64,000 bases of DNA from Eledone cirrhosa (lineage: Eukaryota), in the NCBI GenBank assembly GCA_964016885.1, contig OZ024747.1, positions 35,836,001 through 35,900,000 on the forward strand. Reading direction: 5' to 3'. Position numbers and translations under genes: made by a program. Below the pieces are notes generated by a model. It did no database searches and was not told where the DNA came from. It worked only from the letters and a program-made list of their open reading frames with translations. How positions within the stretch are numbered: the first letter of the stretch is position 1; each line of letters starts with the position of its first letter. Positions 30,319 through 43,030 of the stretch are shown here, piece after piece.

Positions 30319-31109
30319 GAGAGAGAGATAGAGAGAAATAGTGAAAGAGAAAAATAAAGAGATTAGAATTTGTTCAGCACACTGACGCGTATGTGTATGT
30401 GTGTGCGTTTGTATGTGAATATAACTACATTTATATGTATAAAAAACATAACAACAAATATAATCTATTCAAAGGAAAGGGAAAGGAAAAAGGAAAGAGA
30501 AAAATACACAGAAGTGGTTAGCATGCTCATCTAGGACCACATACAACAAAGGCAGGTGAAAGGGGTGGACAAAGGCACCGCTACCAGAGCAAAAGATAAC
30601 AATATCGGAGGAGCACTGGGAAACCTCTCTAATAATGTTTGAGGCACATCAGCACGCTCTCAGCATTACCTCAGTTGTTAGGTGAGCCGCCAGTGAAGAG
30701 AAAAACCTCGCAGTCAGTAGCCCGACTCCCCCAAACGTCTCGAACGCAACTGTCTGGAAAATGTAGATAGACGACAGATCACAGTATTTTAGGATCTGTT
30801 TCGCCTGCTGATGTAGTAGCTCTCGCCCTTACCGCTGCATCCAGTATCAAACAGGAGGCAAAAGAGTTACTAACTGTGACGTCCCAGGTAAGGCACCTGC
30901 CTCTTTACCAGGGGCAAGAGTAAGAACATCACGTCTTCTCCCATCCATTCTGGACAACCCAAACCTTTCCAAAATTAAGGGGAAAGTTTGCCCGGATCAA
31001 AGTGATGATAGGACAATGTGTGTATGTGCGCGCGCGAAAGTTTGTCGGCATTTGTAATCAGAGAGGCATGTGTATATGTGTGTGTTATATACGTATATAT
31101 ATATATATA

Positions 31110-31286
31110 GGAAAATGTTTAATCCCGACGGCAGAGCTCAAGCCGTTTCGACGGTTATTTCAATAGCCGTCGAAACGGATTGAGCTCTGCCGTCGGGGTT
31201 AAACCTTTTCCTATTACCCACTCTACTACCTAAGTATTGAGTACTCTGGTGCTTTATGGTCTATCTGGTTCCTTACCACAATTCCT

Positions 31287-31290
<4 letters not shown>
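31110..31290 (+). mobile_element. Family G short fold-back element (half-hammerhead hairpin + ~80-nt tail)
   Basis: cccgacggcagagctcaagccgtttcgacgg...ccgtcgaaacggattgagctctgccgtcggg, flanked by TA. Confidence 0.85.
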
Positions 31291-31383
<93 letters not shown>

Positions 31384-31489
31384 ATGTGTGTGTCACCGTT
31401 TGTTAAGTTAGAGACATATATGTTTGTATCCCCTTCCTTTTACACACACATACATTCGCACAAAGACACACGCACATTGTTTGGCGGAC

Positions 31490-32000
31490 GGATGGACAGA
31501 GTCGCTCAAATTGATATGCCACTGAAGCAGTTAGATACGTTCAAGTATCTCGGGGCCGTGTTCACGAGTGATGGTATGTAGGAGGCTGAATTTAGTGCAA
31601 GAATTGCAAAAGCTGATGCAGTAATCGTCAGCTCAGCATTCGGTAATCAGAAGTGGGGTAGTTGTAAAAGACAAACTTGCTGTCTTCCTGGTATTCCTGC
31701 CAACCCTTACCTATGGTCATGAATCTTGGGTAATGGCCGAAAGTATACGATTACAAATACAAGCGGCCGAAATTGGGTTTCTCTGAAGGGTCTTTCGAGT
31801 AACATTAGTCGATAAAATGCATAGCTCGGAGATCAGAGAGTAACTCCTGGTAGAGTCGCTACTTCTTCGGGTGACATCTCCGATACTATGGACATCTCTT
31901 TAAAATGTCTCAGAAAAATCACTGGACAGATTTTACAGGCAAAGCCAATCAGCAAGATATACTGAGGTTGACCTGAACAAGATAGTTGGATAACATCCAT
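31490..32000 (+). pseudogene. RTE-clade LINE RT C-terminal fragment, degraded
   Basis: FKYLGAVFTSDG..EFSARIAKA..PTLTYGHESW..IQAAEIGFL..RYYGHL. Confidence 0.85.
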
Positions 32001-32138
32001 ACATATCATATCTATATGCATATATATATATTTGCGTATAATACATACCCATACGAACGCTACATATGTTAGCAGAAAACCGCCCGGGGGCAGTTCTGCT
32101 AGTATTGAATAATAAATTACTAACATTATTTAGTCGTA

Positions 32139-32330
32139 CGCGGTAGATTGGCAGTATAGGTAGAGAGTCGGACACCATGATTTGAAGCATAGAGTTACGT
32201 CCCTTTATGATCGGAGTTCAAATCCCGCCGAGGTTAACTTTGCCTTTCATCCTTACGGGGTCGATAAAATAAAGTACCAGTAATGTACTGGGTTATTGCT
32301 GGCTCTGTGCCTAAAATAGAAACAATTATT
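32139..32330 (+). mobile_element. Full-length SINE with ~14-bp target-site duplication
   Basis: attatttagtcgtac occurs on both sides (~32125-32139 and ~32325-32339). Confidence 0.92.
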
Positions 32331-32635
32331 TAGTCGTACAACAGAGTTTGCCCAGACACTGGATGTGTAGCAAGCAATCATTTACGCTGAAACACACTAG
32401 TATTGATTAACCCATAAAAGCGGCTATACGGTCACTGTTAACGGGCGTCTTTAATGGAGAGTACACCCGAGGACTTTGCTACATTATATGAAACAATTTT
32501 GGAAGAGAAAATAATTTTGCCATTTTCGTAAATTGTTTATTGATATTTAACATTAGCTTTAGAGCCTGGTTCATACAAACTATAAATGCCATTCCTCTGT
32601 TAACTTTTAGTGGACTGGTAAATATATATTATTAG

Positions 32636-32830
32636 ATATGAAGGATTCGGGACTCCGACGGCTGAGCTCCTATCGTTTCAACAGCTAGATCAGATCTAGC
32701 TGTTAAAATAGAAGGGTCTCAACCGTCGGGGTCCCAAATCCTTCATATTACCTACTCTACTACTCCAACTATCAAGTATGCTGGTGAGTGCTCGTCTAAC
32801 TGTGTTTTACTGCATCCATACTGATGTATA
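32636..32830 (+). mobile_element. Diverged family G fold-back element
   Basis: atatgaaggattcgggactccgacggctgag...aaccgtcggggtcccaaatccttcatat, then ctactctactac tail. Confidence 0.75.
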
Positions 32831-32845
32831 TCATTAGATATCTAG

Positions 32846-32847
<2 letters not shown>

Positions 32848-32882
<35 letters not shown>

Positions 32883-33745
32883 CAGTTTTACGTCCGTTCT
32901 TCCACGCTAGCATGGGTTAGACGGGTTGTCCTGTTGTGGGCAGTGTCTGGTGGGCTGACCATGCCTTGCTCATACAGGAACTGATTTGGCTTGATTTCTA
33001 CAGCTGGATGCCCTTCCTAACACCGACCTCATTTACAGTGAGTGCTTGGTGCTTTTTCGTGGCGCCTACACGTCCACTTTACAGTGTGGGCTGGGTGCTT
33101 TTTTGCCGTGGCACCTCCACGACCACCTTGTGGTGGGGGTGGGGGGTCTGGGGGCATATTGTCTATATGCTTCAGCTTGTACCCACGTCGGGTACTCTGT
33201 ATTTCTGCGTGGCGCCAGAGGTCACGGTCGTGCGTCATTGCCTTTGAGAGGTGTAATTGGGTAAGGTCGGCTTTTATCACCTCATCCCAGGTCATCTTGG
33301 GTCTCCCCACTCCGCGGTTTCCATCGACTTCTAGTGCTCTGCACCTTTTTATGAAGCTGTCATCCTTCATACGCCTCACATGTCCATACCAGCGCAGCCG
33401 CCTCTCCTGCGCACAACATTTGATTCCTCTTATGCTCAGTCTCTCTCTCAATTCATTTATGCTTTGTCGTTCGCGTATGTTACGCATCTATCGAAGTATG
33501 CAGGCTTCGTTTCTCTCTAATCTACGTAAGTCTTCCACCCTCAGGGCCCAGGTCTCACTACCATACAACATCGCTGTTCGGATACACGCATCATACAGTC
33601 TGCCTTTCATTCTGAGGGAGAAGCCTTTTGCAGCTAGCAGTGGTAATAGTTCCCTAAACTTCTTCCATCCCGTTCTTACCCTAGTTATTGTACTTTCTGA
33701 ACACCCACCTCCGCTGCTAATTCGGTCACCTAGGTAACAGAAGCA
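32848..33745 (-). mobile_element. RTE-clade LINE 3' end with (GAT)n tail
   Basis: FCYLGDRISSGGGC..WKKFRELLP..MLYGSETW..RLRWYGHV.RM..GRPKMTW. One stop. (CAT)n at 32848-32882. Confidence 0.93.
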
Positions 33746-33784
33746 GATATATTCAGCAATAACGTGCATAAAATAATATATATA

Positions 33785-33855
<71 letters not shown>

Positions 33856-33861
<6 letters not shown>

Positions 33862-34942
33862 CGTAAAATAAGAAAATTATAAAATTATCTTACTTACTAA
33901 AATTTCACTTCCAACTAATTAGTTTCTGAAAGGGAATACATATACTTTCCGAAGAAAATACAAAGAATCCTTTCGTCGTCAGGGAAGTCTATTCTCAGCT
34001 AAGTTTCCAGGCAAAGCGTGGACTATGGGAACTTATACAAAAATAATTCAGTGGATAGAAAATAGCAAAGCGTGGACTGAATTCCTAGCCATTGAAAAAA
34101 TCACTGCCTACTGCGTCGGTGGCAAATTCAAAAAGAATCAATCACGTGACATCGAGGTCAATCAGTGGAAAGTGGTTTGTTAAGAAGACAGCGGCCTGCC
34201 TGCTACCATAGCAGCAGTCTTGGCCAATATTGCTCGACAAATAATTTGGAGATAATTATAAAGAATTAATATATCTAGTAACATATATATACACACAGAT
34301 GCATATCAATGCTAGCAAATATATAGGTTTTGTCTTAGAAACTTTGTGGTTCAATGCATGGGGTTGCAGAACAATAATATGAGAGACGTAAAATAAGAAA
34401 ATTATAAAATTAACTTACTAAAATTTCACTTCCAACTAATTAGTTTCTGAAAGGGAATAAATATACTTTCCGATACAGAGAATCCTTTCGTCTTCTTAAC
34501 AAACCACTTTCCACTGATTGACCTCGATGTCACGTGATTGATTCTTTTTGAATTTGCCACCGTCGCAATAGGCAGTGATTTTCTCAATGGCTAGGAATTC
34601 AGTCCACGCTTTGCTATTTTCTATCCACTGAATTATTTTTGTATAAGTTCCCAGTGTCCACGCTTTGCCTGGAAACTTAGCTGAGAATAGACTTTCCCGA
34701 CGACGAAAGGATTCTTTGTATTTTCTTCGGAAAGTATATTTATTCCCTTTCAGAAACTAATTAGTTGGAAGTGAAATTTTAGTAAGTAAGTTAACTTTAT
34801 AATTTTCTTATTTTACGTCTCTCATATTATTGTTCTGCAACCCCATGTATTGAACCACAAAGTTACTAAGACAAAACCTATATATTTGCTAGCATTGATA
34901 TGCATCTGTGTGTATATATATATGTTACTAGATATATTAATT

Positions 34943-34946
<4 letters not shown>
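33856..34946 (-). mobile_element. Family B element: 1.2 tandem units (525-bp period) on minus + inverted circularly permuted copy on plus
   Basis: 33856-33977 is repeated at 34381-34492. 34490-34946 is the reverse complement of 34189->33856 followed by 34380->34257. Confidence 0.9.
33907..33988 (-). ncRNA. Type I hammerhead ribozyme (family B) with long stem II capped by C(UUCG)G
   Basis: acttcc-CTGACGA-cgaaagg...ttttc-ttcg-gaaag...cctttca-GAAAC-taatta-GTT-ggaagt. Second copy at 34691-34772 (+). Confidence 0.88.
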
Positions 34947-34978
<32 letters not shown>

Positions 34979-36021
34979 CATATGTGCACTCATTAACAAA
35001 CAGAAACACACGGAAACACGCACACATCACATACAAACAGTTAAATCTGCATATATAGTAATGTATATCTGTATATGCACTTTTGAGCTTCTCTTCGCTG
35101 AATCTTAATGGAGCGGATTATATATATTTTCATCGACAGATCACGCTAGAAATATGGGTTACAATTATCCTTCTCTTTTAGTTTATCCCCTCGTCAGTGA
35201 CCGAAATTTCTGTAGTACTAGAATGTCTCAGCCTGCTTCTGCAGATGTAGGTACACCAAAGTGTTGAAAATTCATTTGAAAATTAATACTTAAACATAAG
35301 GAGGTTTTAAGTTTGAGAGTTCGAAGAATTAAACTTCAGTTTCTGTCTGCTACGTTATTAGATCCAGCGCGAATAGATGAGAAGCAAGTGGGATTCGAAT
35401 TATGAATATACCAACTATAATTTGCCTGATAATGACAATGAATATGATGGCCGTGTAGGATTTGTTATATTACTGATGCAATTGTCATGTACATATTCAA
35501 CAAACGTTACGAATAGTCTACTCTGTTCCTCAGAACTGCAAAGCAGTTTGTTTCACTAAATGCTAAACTTGAAAAGCATTCCAAAATGAAACTAGTAAGC
35601 TATAATAGATAACATACACAGCTAGATGTTTCTCTTTTCGTTATCAGTACTAATGAAGTACAGAAGTAATTGTTTCATAAGAAGCAAATATGAATAAAGC
35701 AAACAACAAGCATTATTTCCCTTAGCCATCATTTGCTTAAACCTCAACAATTTCAGTTATGTATGATACATCTGAGAAACATAAAGAAATTCTACTCTTC
35801 ATAATAGATATACTAACATATATACAAACGCATATATATACACACACACACAGCTCTATACATGAACACACACAAACACACACACATATCTCCATACATT
35901 CACAGAAACGCATACACACAGTGAGAGACACAAGGCCATATATATTATATACGTAACTGCACACATCCATGTACAAATGAATGTGTGTGTGGGGGTACGT
36001 GGGGGTGCGGGATGTATGTGT

Positions 36022-36101
<80 letters not shown>

Positions 36102-36104
36102 ATG

Positions 36105-36136
<32 letters not shown>

Positions 36137-36656
36137 CGTGCGTGCATGTAGTAAGTGCTAATACATATATTGTCGTTAAGATGGTGATGCATAATTTCTG
36201 CAAGATATTCAAGATTAGTAGCGTCACATCTTATGCTATCAAATTCTGTACTTCTACGAACACCTGTGTTCTTTTGGAAGAAAAAGAAATATTTATGGTT
36301 GTTTGTTGATGAAGAATGCAATCAGTGTCTTCAAAAGGAGATAGATCTTTCCAATTAAATCAAAAAACTACATGTTGCGGTGTATGTAAGCTGGTAATGT
36401 GTTTATAGATTTGCTATTAATTGCAGGGACGAAAATTGTAACGGAAAATATTAGTTGAGATAGAAAAAAACTTTCATAATGAGTAATATTTGGTTGTGCC
36501 GATTTTATCATGTATATTTTTTATGTCTAAGGATTATTTCTGTTATTCATTTGCCATTATAATCTCTTTAGCGAAATGCGAAATGATATATGCATGTATC
36601 TACGTACTTTTCCAATTCACTCCCGCCCGTTCACTCAATCTATTGTATTTCTCATT

Positions 36657-36697
36657 CTTTATTCTGATGAAGGACTAGCGTCTGAAACGGTAAAACC
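36657..36697 (+). ncRNA. Candidate minimal hammerhead (weak stem I)
   Basis: tt-CTGATGA-aggactagcgtct-GAAAC-g-GTA-aa. Confidence 0.6.
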
Positions 36698-36779
36698 CTC
36701 TTCTTGCTATATCAAGAGTTAACCTAATATATACCTTCCAAATACTGTACCGATTGTGCTGTTATATATACTCTTATAG

Positions 36780-36925
36780 CGAACGAAGAATCAGTGAATA
36801 AATTGTTTCGATGTATCACTGATTCTTCGTTCTCTATAATAGAATTATACTCTACTCTGAAGAAGCATAGAGTGCTCAAAGGCATACCACCTATGGACGC
36901 ACTTAAGCGACCATAATACAAATTG
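36780..36925 (+). mobile_element. Family F pLTR 3' end with short 5' hairpin
   Basis: gaacgaagaatcagtga / tcactgattcttcgttc, then gagtgctcaaaggcataccacctatggacgc. Confidence 0.72.
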
Positions 36926-36965
36926 ATAAATATGCTGGGTCCGTCAACTCATTATATATATATAT

Positions 36966-37400
36966 ATAAGTTAAAACAATGAAATAAAAATTCAAGTCAT
37001 TAGGAATATACTTCACTGATTTACGATCATGCCTAGGTGTTAATAATACATCATACGCATATTTTAGTATCGATCTATGTTAGGTTAGTTAAAAATATCA
37101 AATAAGGAATATATTTACCTACGTGTATATCGTCAGCCGTTGTCAAAAGCTGACAAGGGCTGACGATATACACGTAGGTAAATATATTCCTTTTTGATAT
37201 TTTGTAACTAAACTTACATAGATCGATAACGAAATATGCGTACGTTTTATTATTATCAAATAGAAACGATCGTAAAGCAGTGAAGTATATTCCTACTGAC
37301 TTGAATTTGTATTTCATTGTTTTAACTTATATCATGCCTCTGTTTTGATGTTTTATTGTTTTCCGGGATTTATTTTAACCTACATGTTCAACATATAGAT
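36966..37400 (+). mobile_element. Fold-back element related to family A, with apex (~37150) at the HHR 5' core
   Basis: Arms 36966-37145 / 37151-37330. GAAAC-gatc-GTA-aagcagtgaa, and a long stem II homologous to 6900-7015. Confidence 0.8.
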
Positions 37401-37446
37401 TACAACTAACCGTGGATATTTATGTGTATATATATATATATATATA

Positions 37447-37622
37447 GGAAAAAGTATGACCTCGACGGCAGAGCACAAGCCGATTCGACGGTTATTTCTG
37501 TCCAGAAATAGCCGTTGAAACGGCTTGAGCTCTGCCGTTCATATTACCACTCTACTACCCTAAGTATTGAGTACTCTGGTGCGTTATGGTCCATCTGGTT
37601 CCTTACCACAACTCCTTCGTTA
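37447..37622 (+). mobile_element. Family G fold-back element
   Basis: Same hairpin and tail as 31110-31290. Confidence 0.85.
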
Positions 37623-38380
37623 TACATATTACCTTCTTAAACTTCGTTTACAGTAACCACACAGCACATTTCGTTTCTTATAATTTTGTATTTACCGCTG
37701 TGACCCCCCTTCTACCCGTTTGCTCGGTCTGTAGTACCACCACGCTTTCAAATCGACTCTCCCCTTCTCTCTCTTCCCTTTTCCTCTCCCTCGTTCTCTC
37801 TCTCGTTCTCTCTTTCTCTATCCATCTGCTCGTTTTCGATCGTTTACGACACGTTTTACAACTGTCGTAAAACTCTTTTGGATTATCTCCATCTCACTTG
37901 CAGTTGCTCCGTCTCTCTATCTCCCTTGTCTCTCTCTCTACCTTCACTTCGATAGAGATGGCACGGTACCACTGGGCTCCTGTTATCGCAGCCCCCAGAC
38001 TTAAGTCTAATCGGTTCGCTATAACTTATTCTATACTATTTTTTCCTCGGTTACTCACTTGCATGTTCCATTGTCCTGTGTTCCCCCACAATTTGGTCTG
38101 TTTACCTGTTTGTTTTACTCTTTCTTCCTCTCTCCTCCAAATGTTTCCCCTATTTTTCTTCTACTTATTTTTTCTTTCCCTCCTGGCTTTTTTGATCGAT
38201 AAAACTCCCTGGGTGCGCCGCTGATCGCTTTTAGATGTCCCGTATTAAGCGCCGAAACATCTATGATCTCCGTTAACAGCTGATGAAAGATTTTTTCTCT
38301 TTCTTCATTTGTTTCGTACATACTACCTTCTTAAAATTTGTCTACAGTAACCACACAGTTCATTTCGTTTCTTATAATTT

Positions 38381-38386
<6 letters not shown>
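37621..38386 (+). mobile_element. Non-coding element with ~70-bp direct terminal repeats (~695-bp period), pLTR-like
   Basis: acatattaccttcttaaa...catttcgtttcttataattttgta at 37624-37690 and ~38318-38383, followed by (TA)n. Confidence 0.7.
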
Positions 38387-38426
<40 letters not shown>

Positions 38427-39099
38427 GTGTGTGTGTGGAGAATAGAAATGGTTGTGTAGTTGCTATTTAAGGTAGCTTAAAATGGAGTGGGAATAAGAAG
38501 AAAGCAAGAACGTGAGGGGGGGGGGGGGTCCTCATCAGTTGTCTACTGAGGGTCTCGGATATTTCTGCGCTTTAAATACAAGTTATCTACCGACCAGAGC
38601 GTCATTAACTGGATAAGCTATTGGAAAATATATATATATCAGTATTTCGTAGCTTGCTTGAAGCATTGATGAATAAGAAATGCAAATCTACCCATCACCA
38701 ACATCTTTGTCATTTCCACTACCACCACAATTACCATCATCATCATCTACATCATCATCATCATCATCATATTATTACATTTATTGTTTTTCCTTTCCTT
38801 TCAGTATTGTATCTGATATATGGCGACCGTCTTCCTGAAACCTAGGCCGAATAAATTTACCATATACATTGTGAAACCAGTTAACACACCACATTGAATA
38901 TCTGGAACAGGTAAAAGAATAAAAGATTATATACAAACACATGCATATATGTATATAAACATATAGATATACATATACATACAAACATATATATATATAT
39001 ATATACACACACATGTATACATAAATATAAACTCACATAAACATACACATACATACACACACATAGATACAAATACATACCCATACACATATATATATG

Positions 39100-39189
<90 letters not shown>

Positions 39190-39192
<3 letters not shown>

Positions 39193-39370
39193 CAAAGGAA
39201 CTGTGGTAAGGAACCAGATGGACCATAACGCACCAGAGTACTCAATACTTAGGGTAGTAGAGTGGGAAATAGGAAAAAGTATGATCCCGACGGCAGAACT
39301 CAAGCCGTTTCGACGGCTAATTCTGGACTCCAGAAATAGCCGTCGAAATGGCTTGAGCTCTGCCGCCATA
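39190..39370 (-). mobile_element. Family G fold-back element
   Basis: Reverse orientation of the 31110/37447 pattern. Confidence 0.85.
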
Positions 39371-39375
39371 TTGTT

Positions 39376-39498
<123 letters not shown>

Positions 39499-39768
39499 GT
39501 ATTCATATGCATAATTATATATGTATTTATGTGCGTATTCTTATTTTATTTACAAGTCATAAAACCCCCTATATATATTTGCGCTATTATTTACTTATTT
39601 ATATTTGGGATTACTTATTTGTTTATGCGTGTATATTCACTCAGACGTGTATGTTTATATATGTATATATATATATATGTATATATATATGTATATATAA
39701 TATATATGTATGTGCGTGTGTGTGTTTGTGCTCGTGTATTTATATATATATATATATGTGTGTGTGTG

Positions 39769-39803
<35 letters not shown>

Positions 39804-39986
39804 TGCGTGTTTGTGTATGTATGTCTACGTATGTGTATATATATATCCATTGACATACTCTTATGTAATTATATGTATTTTTCCGTTATTTTATTTTATT
39901 TTATATTAGCCCATTTTTATTTAGCCTCGCTTTCAATTGTAATAGCCTTTGTATTTAAATTCACGTCTTATATTCATAATAAAATG

Positions 39987-40057
39987 TTCATTCTAATGAA
40001 CGATTTCCGACTTGTCTGTTGAGCTCGTCTGTCTTCGTGAAATCTTTGGTAAATTGA
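39987..40057 (+). ncRNA. Degenerate hammerhead-like motif near a TA-abutting 3' end
   Basis: ttcatt-CTAATGA-acga...tcgt-GAAA-tctttg-GTA-aattgaa. Confidence 0.5.
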
Positions 40058-40130
40058 AAAATTGCATTGCGTTGTTTATTACATAATTAAATAGCTCTGT
40101 AGTATACCTTCCTTTACCCCTTATAAGGAA

Positions 40131-40179
<49 letters not shown>

Positions 40180-40324
40180 TCCATGCACCCACGCTCGCAC
40201 ACACACATACACACACACACATACGCGCACACACATACACACGTACACATATACGCACACCCACACATACGCACACACACACACACACACACACACATCC
40301 ACACAAGGAGGGATATCATATTTA

Positions 40325-41210
40325 CAGAGATAGTGCTCTTCTCAATACGTGTGCAGTACCAGCCAAAACAATGTTGTTCACCTCTTGCAGAGTGGGTTAA
40401 CCAGAAATCATTAGCAAATACTGTTCTGTTCCTTTCTTGATCATTCCCAGTGCGCCTACAATCACTGGTATTGTAACGGCCTTGACGTGCCGCATTTCTT
40501 CGATCTCAATAAGCAAGTCTTTATATTTTCTTAACCTGTCAAATTGTGTTGCCGCAATATTGTGGTGACATGGGATGCTCATATCAATCAATAAACAGAC
40601 CTTGCTATGTTGGTCTTTTACAATGCTATCTGGTGATTTAGCTTTTATGGTACGGTTAGTGTGTTACTTTACTCCTCCAGTTACAGCCTCAGTGTGATGA
40701 TTGTACTACTTGTCAGCAGCTTTGATTTTATAATGCCGACATATTACCCAGTGTAGATATTGGCCAACTATGGCATGTCTATATTTATATTCTATTGGGG
40801 CTATATATCCTGAAACTATGTGGTCCACTGTTTCAATCTTAACTTTGTAGAATCGGCACTTTGGATTTACTCAATTTCTCATCACATTGGCTTAGTAATT
40901 CCGTGTCATTAAGCTTTAATCTTGGGCAACTAAGATGAAGCCTTCGCTCTCTGCTTTTAGCCCTGAGCTATGTAGCCACTAATGGGTGTGCTTTTGGTTA
41001 ACATTAGCTTGTTTGCTACGGGCCACATATTTGCCAGCAGAAGTTTCTGCTCCCATGTTGATGCTAATTGCTCTTGCCTTTTGGCTTTTGCCATTAATTT
41101 TATGTGCTTAGCAGCATTAATTACAACAATTCCCTTAGTCTGTACAACATAAGAACAGTAGCATATATTTTGCTCTCCTTCAAGATAGAATGAAGCTTCT
41201 TAATTCTCTC
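40325..41210 (-). pseudogene. R4/Dong-like LINE C-terminus (CCHC-like region + restriction-like endonuclease), degraded
   Basis: THQWLHSSGLKAESEGFILVAQD..KCRF..ETVDHIVSG..KSPDSIVKD..LIDMSIP..KYKDLLIEI..IPVIVGALG. Confidence 0.85.
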
Positions 41211-41221
41211 ATAATAATAAT

Positions 41222-42243
41222 TGTCTCCAGGCGCTCACTGCCTTCTGCCAGCTGGGTACCTGTATCAGTGGAACATCCACTTCGGCGTTCTATAGAGAAC
41301 TAGTGGAGGAGAGGAGCGACGACGTTGTCGGAGAAATCCTGGGCGTCGAAGAAAATCAGCTGTTTGCTCTCTTCCGGAGAACTTTCAGCCCGGGGTCTAT
41401 GGATAACTTCCAGAAATCCCTGGCCTGGCAGTGCTACCGGGGAGCTTTGCCGGTTCGAGATAAACTCTACAGGCACGGAAGTACCGTCAGCCGAGCCTGT
41501 CCGAGATGCGCGCAGAGCGACGAAACCGTCGTGCACGCACTCGTTCAGTGCGCGAGCTTTGCTGACTTGTGGAGCTATGTCGAACAGTTGCTGTCGCGCG
41601 TGGGACCGATCCGGTTATCGACTGAGTCCATTGTGGATATGGTCTCGCCGTATTCCATCGAGGAGGAAGGGCAGACGGTTTTCATTTGCCTAGTGGCCAT
41701 GGCAAAAGAGTTTGTGTGGTGGACAAGGTTGAAAAAGGTTAAATACAGACACTTTCCTCTTCAGCGAATCCCTGATTAATTTTTCAAGTTTCACTTGAAG
41801 AGGAAAATCAGGGTGGAGAAGCAAGGCTGTCTTTTAGCAAGTTTGTTGAAAGGTGGGTGAATGTAGCAAGAATGGTCCGAGTGAACGGGACCGCTCTGAA
41901 TATACGCTTGTAGTTTGGGGAATGGGAAGAAATTGAGAGAGGGTGCTTGCCCTGGTGGTCAGGGTGGCCGTGGTCTTTTGTGTGGTTTTCGCCACGAGTA
42001 ACCCGCGGAGGTTTCCCCCTATTGTGGAATTTTTTATTGTTTGAATTTTCATTTGTATTGTTTATATATATATATGTGTTTCTATGTCTTTTTTTCTTTT
42101 TTCGTTTCTTATATAAATAATAAACATGTTTACACACATAAAACCCACATCGTACACTCCTATACCGTCCTGTGCCATCTGTAATGTTTTTCTTGATGTC
42201 AGCCCTTGTGGCCAATAAAGAAATCATTATTATTATCATTATT
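41222..42243 (+). mobile_element. Tx1/L1-type LINE 3' end (zf-RVT), copy 1
   Basis: LAWQCYRGALPVRDKL..CPRC...ETVVHALVQC. Ends gccaataaagaaatc(att)n. Confidence 0.88.
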
Positions 42244-42440
42244 AGGGCGGTGAATTGGCAGTATCGTTGAAGGATCTGACGCCATGCTTTCCAACCACCA
42301 GTTACGGTCCTTTATGGTCTAAGTTCAAATCCCACCGAGGTTACCTTTGCCTTTCATCCATACGGGGTCGATAAAATGAAGTACCAGTAATACACTGAGA
42401 TAATAGCTGGCCTTTTGCCAAAAGTAGAAACAATTATTAT
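42244..42440 (+). mobile_element. Full-length SINE within (ATT)n
   Basis: gggcggtgaattggcagtatcg...gttcaaatcc...gtagaaacaattatt. Confidence 0.9.
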
Positions 42441-42459
42441 TATTATTATTATTATTATT

Positions 42460-43030
42460 ACTTCCAAAAATCCCTGGCCTGGCAGTGCTACCGGGGAGCA
42501 TTGCCGGTTCGAGATAAGCTCTACAGGCACGGAAGTGCCGTCAGCCTAGCCTGTCCGAGATGCGTGCAGAGCGACGAAACCGTCGTGCACGCACTGGTTC
42601 AGTGTCCGAGGATTGCTGACTTGTGGAGTTATGTCTAACAGTTGCTGTCGCGTATAGGATTGATCCGGTTATCGAATGAGTCCATTGTGCAGAGGGTCTC
42701 GCTGTCTTCCTTCGAGGTGGAAGGGCAGGTGGTTTTCATCTGCCTGGTGGCCATGGCGAAAGAGATTGTGTGGTGGACATGGTTGAAAGAGTTAAAGACA
42801 TATACTTTCCTCTTCGGCGAATCCCTAATTAACTTTTTCAGGTTTCACTTGAAGAGGAAAATCAGGGTGGAGAGGCAAGTGCTGTCTTCTAGCAAGTTTG
42901 TTGAAAGGTGGGTGAATGTAGCGCTAATGGTCCGAGGGAATGTACGCCTGTAGTTTGAGAAATGGAAACATTGAGAGAGGCCACTTGCCCTGGTGGTCAC
43001 GGTGGCCGTGGTCTTTTGTGCGGTTTTCTT
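42460..43030 (+). mobile_element. Tx1/L1-type LINE fragment, copy 2
   Basis: Colinear with 41407-41990. Confidence 0.88.

Noticed and set aside
36165-36265. Possible minus-strand exon GVRRSTEFDSIRCDATNLEYLAEIMHHHLNDNI
   Set aside because: No recognisable domain and a weak donor site.
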